Below are positions 55,076-64,000 of a DNA stretch of 64,000 nucleotides, piece by piece. How positions within the stretch are numbered: position 1 is the first letter of the stretch; each line of letters opens with the position of its first letter. The notes beneath the pieces are model-generated. The model had not been told where the DNA came from, did not search any database, and was given only the letters and a program-made list of their open reading frames with translations. Origin of the DNA: Octopus vulgaris (taxonomy: Eukaryota). The stretch covers positions 73,284,001 through 73,348,000 of the forward strand of contig OX597830.1 of NCBI GenBank assembly GCA_951406725.2. Direction: 5' to 3'. The position numbers and the translations under genes were made by a program.

Positions 55076-55304
55076 CCGATCGATCGATTGATCGATCGGT
55101 CGGTCGGTCGGTCTGTCTGTCTGTCTGTCTATCTATCATCTATCTATCTATCAACATGTATGTGTGCATATGTATGTATAAGTATATATATATATACATA
55201 CACACAGAGATAAATACGTATATATATACATAATAAATTGTTATAGTATGAAACAATTGTACTAAATTACCGGATCCATTCTTGTTGCTTATATTTTGGT
55301 TTTG

Positions 55305-55335
<31 letters not shown>

Positions 55336-56075
55336 TTAGATACATATATACATATATATTGCATATATATATATATGTGCATGTGTGTATATATATATAT
55401 ACATACACACACACACACACACATATATATGTATATATATATGCAATATTTATATATATATATGTACGTATGTCATTATGTAGTTTTATTTCAAGATTTC
55501 TTGCCAATAGAGAAAGAGCCGGTTTCTAACCAAGACCTAGATACATGTATGCATGTATGTGTGTATATATGCATGCATGTATGTATGTATGTATTTATGT
55601 ATGTATGTATGTATGTATGTATGTATGTATATTTTAGTGAGGCATTCCGATACTAACAGCCTGGTGTAGAACTCAGTATAATTATGCTTCAGAACGAAGC
55701 ATTAGTCAAGTGCAGAGCAATAATAAGAAATCCAAATAACAAAGGAATAATAATTATTCTCATTAGCTTGCGACTGTTTCTGCTATAAGTTGCAATGCAT
55801 TCATAGCTGAGAGCCTGCGTACCACCTTAAGTTTTAACGCATTACCTTGTGAACCAACATAACGTATCTGAGATGCAGCTTATAAATTTTAATAGACATA
55901 AATATCTGTGCAGACATAAATATATACCGTGACTGCTGTGTGGCTAATATGTTGGCTTCTCAAAGTAATTTTCTTTTCTGTTCCGGAGCATAACACATGG
56001 TGCTAGTGTATTTTAACCCTCAACCGACCAAAGATTTGTGAAGGGATATGATAAGACGTTCGTATATATATATGT

Positions 56076-56413
56076 ATACTCTTTACTCTTTTACTTGTTT
56101 CAGTCATTTGACTGCGGCCATGCTGGAGCACCACCTTTAATCGAGCAACTCGACCCCGGGACTTATTCTTTTGTAAGCCGAGTACTTATTCTATCGGTCT
56201 CTTTTGCCGAACCGCTAAGTAACGGGGACATAAGCACACCAGCATCGGTTGTCAAGCAATGCTAGGGGGACAAACACAGACACACAAACACACACACGCA
56301 CACACACACATATATATATATATATACAACGGGCTTCTTTTAGTTACCGTCTACCAAATCCACTCAGAAGGCTTTGGTAAACAAGCTACTTACCACACAG
56401 CCACTCCTGCGCC
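56076..56413 (-). mobile_element. SINE family A with an internal deletion
   Basis: Tail nearly identical to the 20950 copy; aaggctttggt is fused to aaacaagctacttaccacacagcc. Confidence 0.88.
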
Positions 56414-57967
56414 TGTATGTATATACATACGACGCACGTCATACCTTTTCTATCCATCTTATCCACTATACATACATACACATATATACATACATACATA
56501 CATGTATGCATACATACATGCATGCATACATACATACATACATACATACATACATACATACATACATACATACATACATACATACATACATACATGCATG
56601 TATTATTGACGTTTCAAGACTTTAGAAATTTAAAGAGAATTTACCAGTACAAGTAATAGTTTGCAGCTTTTCTACTTCGAGTACAACCGTTAAAAACGAT
56701 TTATAAATGTATGCGTACTTGTGCGTGCATATGTTTTGCCTCATACGAAGTTTGTTATTCGTTTCCAGTCCTCTATGAAACCATGCCCGGCGAAAGAGAA
56801 ACCTTACTAGGCTTTCGAAAGCGGTTAGGGTTGGCAAAACGAAGGACATCCCACTTTAGAAATATATATGAACTACTTCTATCGAAACAATGCAAGCGTG
56901 GAAGGAGTATTTGTTATGATGATGATGGTGATGATTTAGCCTCACTGTTTCCTTAGCAACTCACAGGGTCCTTTGCAACTAGAACGGGAGGTATATCATT
57001 GATCTGGGTTCGAATTATATTAAGACCAATTTTACCTCACATCTCTGCAAGGTTAAGAAATTTACGTCCCGTACATATTGCTGTATTCGACCAATCCTCA
57101 AACTTCTGCATAACACTTTGTGAAATAAGTCACCGGGGGTCATTCGTCGCAAGGAAGAGATGCGTGTAAAATATCCTCTTTTAAAAAATAACTTGTCAAT
57201 GGTTTTATTTTATTTTGGTGATAACTACCTCGAGCAACAACAATGACACCAACAAAAACAGCAAAAGCAACAATTGTTTTCGTTTTTGCTTTGACGTGTT
57301 GCACCATTGAACAAGGATTTGATTAGGTTTCGAAAATGTGGAATAACGTTGGTGTTCTTCGTTTAGAATATTGGTTTAGGTTAAAGAAGTCAGGCGTTCA
57401 TTAATTTATACCATAACTTCCGCTATACTATTCTATCGTAAGTAATTTCATTTTATCTTAACAAACAACTAAGCCAAAAACCGCCAAAACTGACGAGCAG
57501 TTGTTTAATCTTCCACAAGTTTGAATATATATATTTTTTGTTCAGTTTCAGGACTGAACTGATTATATTCTGGTGTTTAGAAAAGGTGAACACAAAAGAT
57601 AAAGATATTTTGTTAAACAATGATTCTTGCAAAACTTTTATTTACATATTTGGTTATATATTTTTGTTTATTTTCATTTTTATTTTTATTTTATTTTATT
57701 ACCTAGGCTGAAGGTCTCAAATTAACAGATTAATCGAATGAACATTCACAGCGATTAGAGACTTCTATTATTCTTTTATTCCTTTAATATGAGTTTCAGT
57801 CATTAAAATGATACTATGATGTGGCACCGCCATAAAAAGGTGTTTGTCGAATATATCGGTTCAAATTCTTTCCCTGGTTGTACTTTTCTCTCGGTTTCGG
57901 AGGAGGATCAAAAGCCCAAAGCAAGGAGCTATGAAGGGGCAACCATCTGAATAAAAACCGCACAAAG

Positions 57968-58045
<78 letters not shown>

Positions 58046-59220
58046 CACATAAACATACATACATGCATATACATACAGGCATGCATATGTGTGCGTTTGT
58101 TAATAGAGGGTCAGCACTGATTATTTTGGAGAGTGCTTCTTTGGATTGCCTTGTGTAAATTTAAATAAGACCCTAGTGGGTAGGAAATCATAACTTACGT
58201 GAAAGTCACGTAGGCATTAAAGAAATCCTAGTAGTAAGTAAAAAGCCGCTTAAGGCTAAATGAAACTCTAGTCATTGTGAAACTGCAGCCTCTGTGAAAG
58301 CTTACATAAACGTATGTGAAGTTTTACCTAATTAGAAAGCCACGTAAGTTTTGGTGGAAACTACGTATTTTATGTACCTTCGTGCAGCCTATATTCTTGA
58401 TCATGAAGACCCGCCACACAATATCATTTTTTCTTTTTTGAGTTTCAACAAGCTGTAGCGGCTGTGTCTATAGCATTTGGATATCATTCGTACTACGCAA
58501 GAGAAGTTTAGTTTATAAAATCTTGACTACTCAACAAAACTGTAAGAGAAGATATAATTCAGATGGTTGACTTCTGTAAATAAAAGAGAATGGAGTTAAG
58601 AATTTATTGCTGAGCTTCATCGTTAGGGCAGTGATATTGAGCAGCAAAGGGAGATTTTTTAGACAGATCTTGGTTTAAGTGTTACGTATCTACAAAATTT
58701 AGAAACATCTAAGCCGTTGTATTATTTGAATTTTAGAAATTTCTGTTTCTGCCCGTCCCCTGTATTAATCCATATTTATAATACTGGTGCCTTACATAGG
58801 TACTAGGTTACAGAATGTTTTCATCTGGTGCGGGGTCGGGTCGGATGGAACAATAATTTATTAAATCCACCTCAATTTATGATGGCTGGACTGGTGATTT
58901 GCTTTTATTAACCTCGGAAGGGTGAAAATTAAAGATTACAAATAAGAACATGAAGTCACATAACTAAGTACTACAAAGCATCTTAACGATACTGCCAGAC
59001 CCCTTCGGTAGAAAGAGAGAGAGAGAGAGAGAGAGTATATAAATCAAATCGTCACAAGTATGTGACTGGTACTTTATTTTCTTCACCCTTGAAAGGATGG
59101 AAAATATAGTTGTCCTTCACACATTTCGGAATCAGGAGGTAAAGAGAATTAACTAATTAATTTAAGAGTTAACTATATACTGTCCAACCTTCAATGGATT
59201 TTAACCACAATTTTGGCGCC

Positions 59221-59550
59221 TTATTACTGCGGACAGTCCTAAGCCCTCGTGCTCTACTAATACCGTCACGCCACCGCCCAAACGATTTAGCTTCTCTGAC
59301 TATCCACAGCTATGACGACTTGTTACTCCCGAGAGGTCATCGCTTTAACGATCTATTAGTTCTAACAAACCACTGCCTTGTCTAACTACCAATACTGGCA
59401 AGCAATCGCCCTTATGATATTCCACCACCCAAAAGCTGCCACACTGACGATCTACCAATTTTGACAAGACCCCCTCAGCCTGACGATTTATCAGTCCTAA
59501 CAAGCCACCGCCCTGAGTAGCTACCGATTTTAAATATGCTCCGACCTTCG
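59221..59550. repeat. Highly degenerate 33-bp tandem array (~10 units)
   Basis: Approximate consensus tctaccaattctgacaagccaccgccctgacga; the period is visible from the spacing of acga motifs. Confidence 0.7.
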
Positions 59551-60004
59551 TCAGCCCATCAACTTTACTTAGACTGATCTACTGTTTCTTACACTAGCGA
59601 AAATACCATAATTTCCAGAAGAAGAGAATGAGATTTTGCGACATAATTCAATATCTTTTGATTTTTCCTTTTCCAAAGCAGCGCCAATGGAATCATTGTA
59701 GTGATATAGCCTCAAGTATGAACTGAACCTGGTTTGGTGATATCTTAAGTTGGGAATATTGTCTATACTCCATACTAGCTCGCACCATTCACTATGCCCC
59801 TTTACTCTAGTTTAGATCTCAACGGCCCTACAATTTAGGGAGTACAATGATAGCACTCGCATTTTCCCAGGAAGCTAATTAATGATTAAGAGATATTCTC
59901 ATATGTTTCATGCTTAAATGAAAGTCCTTCCACTTGGGGACCAGTATAAGTACGCTGATTCGGCGTACGAGGGCCTTAGCTCTATATTATCTACAAAGTT
60001 CATC

Positions 60005-60074
<70 letters not shown>

Positions 60075-60093
60075 GCATGCGTATATACATACA

Positions 60094-60131
<38 letters not shown>

Positions 60132-60403
60132 AACATACGCACACGTGTGTGTGTATGTGTATGTGTGATATCTTTGACCTTGTGTATACAGCAAAAGCAT
60201 GTTCAGTCAAACGAATATTCGCATACTTATTGGTGGGTGAAGTTCAACTCACGTTTCTCTTCTGTTTTTTTCTTTTCTTTTTTATACCCATTTTTCGAAT
60301 AGACTTACACAGATTTATCATTTCATCAACAACAATTACCATTTTAATACTGAAATTTCCATAGCTGACTGCCCACGAGATGAAAGATGTGCAACTAAAC
60401 AAA

Positions 60404-60437
<34 letters not shown>

Positions 60438-60452
60438 ATGTATATGTATATG

Positions 60453-60484
<32 letters not shown>

Positions 60485-60944
60485 TGTATGTATGTATGTA
60501 TGTATGTATGTATGTACGTACATTTTCGTTACGGGCAATTACTGTACACAAACATCTGTTGATAGTTTATAATATTTAACATGCAATAAAGCGAAGACTG
60601 ATTCATAAAGTGGCTTGGTTTTTTTGAAAATGGAAATTAAGCATTTTGGCTTACAACAGGATTTTCCAATATTTAGTTCGGGAGTATTATCAAACTGCAT
60701 AACTAGAGTTAAATAATACTCAATAGTATGACTGTATTAGTGTCTAATATGATACTCAGTAGTGTAGTAAACACTAAGAGCATATTGACTATCAAAACGG
60801 ATTTCATACACCGGAATCCCATTGAAGTGGTTAAATTTCTCCAAGAAGAAAATTCTGGGTGGTTGAAGTTCTAAGCAAGAAGGTGCGTAGTATTGAAGTA
60901 CAGTGATGATTGTTGTTGCATGTTGTTGATGGTGTTGTTGTTGC

Positions 60945-61050
60945 TCTTCTTCTTCTTCTTCTTCTTCTTCTTCTTCTTCTTCTTCTTCTTCTTCTTCTTC
61001 TTCTTCTTCTTCTTCTTCTTCTTCTTCTTCTTCTTCTTCTTCTTCTTCTT
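60945..61050. repeat. (CTT)n microsatellite
   Basis: About 35 perfect units. Confidence 0.95.
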
Positions 61051-61669
61051 CTCTTTCTCTTTTTCATTCTCTCCTCTCAGAATTAGATTAGGTACTCTGT
61101 GAGAAGAGCGGGAGAGGATATTGATAGATTTTGAAATATCCGAAAAGATAGGAGGCCCAACAGACATGGTTAAAAAAATATGACCATAGAGCTCGTATGA
61201 TCCATTATTACTGCTACAGTCGGTGCTGATAGCTCATGGTCATGATAAATTAATATACTACGTATGAATAAAAGACGGAACAGCCAAAGCTGGAACGCTG
61301 TTGGATACATCTATCTTAATCAGGCCTCACCTGTGGTTAAACATAGCTTAGTACACGAATAAAAAGAGATAAAAACAAACAAAATATCCGGCAATAACAG
61401 GTAATTAGTGGAAGCTTGTAAATAGGTTTACAGACTTTCAAATTACTTTATTTTAGAAATTTAAATACCAGTCGTGCAATGCAAATTCTCATTAATGTAA
61501 TTTTAATGACGTTATTCGTAATTGGAATTGCACAATTAACTATAAGATTAAGTTGTTCATTTATTGATTTGTGTTTAATAAATAACTGAGAGGAGATTTT
61601 GTCTTATTGCTTAAAACATATTTACTAGAAATCAAACAAAGAACTGCTTCTTGTTTGCATTAAGGCTTC

Positions 61670-62040
61670 TTTTTCTTACAGCGTTCACCCGGGGTGGGTT
61701 GAGCTGGCTTCATTCATCCTCAATGCTGCATCTCTCACAAACGCCGACCAGGCCTGGCGATTTGAGGCTAACGACCGCGTGATCTCCAACCACTCCTTAT
61801 TCCAGCGGCGAACGCCGTAAATATGGGGGCCTAGGTTGGGTTCCAGATCAGCCTTGACTGTCATCAACTAGGTTTTTCGTTGTCCAGCACGTCGCTTTCG
61901 CCAACCCTGAAGGGGAGCTGGGGCAATTGCTTCTTAGATGAATTCTCCTGGTTGACGACGGAGGGCATGACCCAGCCAACACAGACGTCTCCTTATGTAT
62001 AATAACGAGTCATCCTCATTAAGGCTGCAAGATGATATGG
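61670..62040 (-). mobile_element. RTE-clade LINE 3' end (decayed)
   Basis: Minus frame RRRLCWLGHALRRQPGEFI*EAIAPAPLQGWRKRRAGQRKT*LMTVKADLE...LASNRQAWSAFV has the RRLxWxGHxxR, KRxxGxxRKTW and AxNRxxW signatures, with in-frame stops. Confidence 0.85.
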
Positions 62041-62061
62041 ATTCAGAGATTTGATATACAA

Positions 62062-62411
62062 CAGGGGTTCTCAACCATTTATTTATCTATGGACCTCATT
62101 GATTATTGTTGAGTACTCGTGGGTCCCATAGCCATTCGATGTTTAAAAACTAGTTTTATAGAAACTTATTTCAAAATTCCTATTTTGCGTTTCAAACATT
62201 AATTTGTGTAGGTTGAACTACGTAATATGCTAGAGAAAGAAACCTACCTGTTTCTTGCAATAAATTCCAATATATAGATCTAAATCAAGTTTTTGCATGG
62301 GGGCTCTTAAAATCCTGTTCAGGATATCCAATTTACTATTGTGGTGCGTGGACCTCCAAAAATCTTATAAGGACCCTCAGGAGCTATATGGACACCAGTT
62401 GAGGACGACTG
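62062..62411. mobile_element. hAT/Charlie-like MITE
   Basis: TIRs caggggttctcaac / gttgaggacgactg; flanking 8-mers atatacaa / gtatacag (6/8) are consistent with a decayed 8-bp TSD. Confidence 0.7.
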
Positions 62412-63072
62412 GTATACAGCATTGAGTTGGTGCGTTTTTATGATGCGAAGCTTGTCAGGTGGATATATATATATATATATATATTTACAGGTTCGGCTGG
62501 TTAATCTCGAGGCTGCTCCAATCTGGCCAGCTAAGAGCACTTGATACCGTGGAAGAAAGCAAGCTAATGTATACAAAAACAAGGACGAAAGCTACGGAGA
62601 AATGGTACATATATAGAAATGCAAAAATCAAAGCATTAACAACAGGTGTCTTTCGACTAAGGACGAATTGAATTAAGCCGGCGTGTGTGGAAGTGAAGCC
62701 TTACGGCAGGGACATAAGAGATGACAGGCATGGGAAGGAATATAGCTATTGCACGGATGATAGTGCGAACCAAGACAAAAAGGTCACGTGGAAGGAGAGG
62801 TGAGAGGCAGAGGGATAGAAGAATTACGGCGGGACGAGAAAGAAAGAAAAAAGAAAGGGACAAAGTGTAGTAAAAGAGGAGGGAAGGCGAGAATGAAAAG
62901 AAGGCCAAGAAATATGAACGAGAGGAGCGAAAAAAAGAAAAGAAAAGTGGAAAGAACGAAGTATGAATGGGCGGAAACAAAGAAAGAATAATAAGAGTCG
63001 TACAGAATTTATATATATATATATATGTACTTACATATAAGAGACCAAAAGTGTACGTACGCCACTGTATGA

Positions 63073-63162
<90 letters not shown>

Positions 63163-63165
63163 ATA

Positions 63166-64000
63166 CTACCAGAATTGCCCGGCGTTGCTCGGGGCTGAAT
63201 TGCTTGAAAGTACTGTTAATGATTGCACTGAATTATGATGATTATTCAGGCAAATATTGATATAAGCTTACGGTGGGAGATAAGGACTTAACGATCAAAC
63301 GTGTGCCATTGCATTGTTTTGGGGGAACCAAATTTCTGATGAGCATTATAGGGGCACCAACTTTAAGTTTGAGAAAGTGTGGTGGTAGTCCGGATGCTCA
63401 AAGGAATTGAGTACCTCTATTGGATAGTTGATGACGTCCTCTGGGTCAGGAGTTGTATCGATAGACTGATATACATAGACTTCCCCAGGAATGAGATTTA
63501 GCATTTCATCATTAATATGGTGAACAGTTTTATTTCCTCGGGGCCAGTATAGCCTTTTTGCCAATCCAATCCATATTCTGATAATTAGCTTGTAGATCTG
63601 GGAACACTGCATCTCTGAGATCAGAAGGCGTCTTAACAATGGTACAAATGGAATCGATGGCAATATTACCATTTTCATCCCCTGGTATTTTGCCTTCGCC
63701 AAGTGCAAGGAGGGTGTGAGGAAATGCTGCTGATGTGATATTGCGTCGCATATGAGCACGCATATTGGTGTGAAGTTTGAGAGTTACTTCCGTTTATTTT
63801 TTTAAAATATGCATTAAAATGGAAAAAAATGATGGTAAATTATTTGTAAAATCATAGACTAATCGTAGACGCGCGCTAATACCCAGAAGGGCTCGATATG
63901 AATCACGACTATAAGATACCCGGTTTTGGTTAAACTGCATCGCAAAATGTGGGAGTAGTTAGGAATCTAAATCGGAGTAGACAGACACACAACCTTTCTT
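63166..64000 (-). mobile_element. Non-autonomous Helitron carrying a Pif1-type helicase fragment (5' end just beyond the window)
   Basis: 3' hairpin cccgagcaacgccggg followed by ...GTAG|T; 63790-64000 matches the first ~200 nt of Helitron 9458-9970. Confidence 0.88.
63270..63775 (-). pseudogene. Helitron RepHel helicase (Pif1-like) fragment, frameshifted
   Basis: TNMRAH...LLALGEG...VFPDL...WIGKKAILAPR/NKTVHHIN...YQSIDT...[43 protein letters not shown] across three frames; these are canonical Helitron helicase motifs. Confidence 0.92.

Noticed and set aside
63270-63775. Host PIF1 helicase gene
   Set aside because: It is frameshifted, intronless and bounded by Helitron termini.

Overview
AT-rich, extremely microsatellite-dense eukaryotic DNA. 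The tRNA-derived SINE repertoire, (TA)n/(CA)n/(TACA)n/(ATT)n density and LINE types suggest an octopod cephalopod (Octopus sp.); this is an inference from recalled repeat families, not a database result. No intact host protein-coding gene is recognisable, and nearly all ORFs in the track are microsatellite translations, so the window looks intronic or intergenic. Supported content: many copies of at least four tRNA-derived SINE families; 5'-truncated LINE remnants (CR1/L2-like, RTE, Dong/R4-like, Tx1-like); two Penelope-like (PLE) RT remnants; two non-autonomous Helitrons sharing termini, one carrying a Pif1-type helicase fragment; several MITE/foldback elements; and a near-perfect 238-bp local duplication. 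The most interesting signal is a dispersed set of ~200-bp elements carrying minimal type I hammerhead ribozyme motifs (CUGANGA-A-stem II-GAAAC-GUH). These include copies sharing a non-canonical CUGUCGA core and a 227-bp palindrome with two back-to-back hammerheads.
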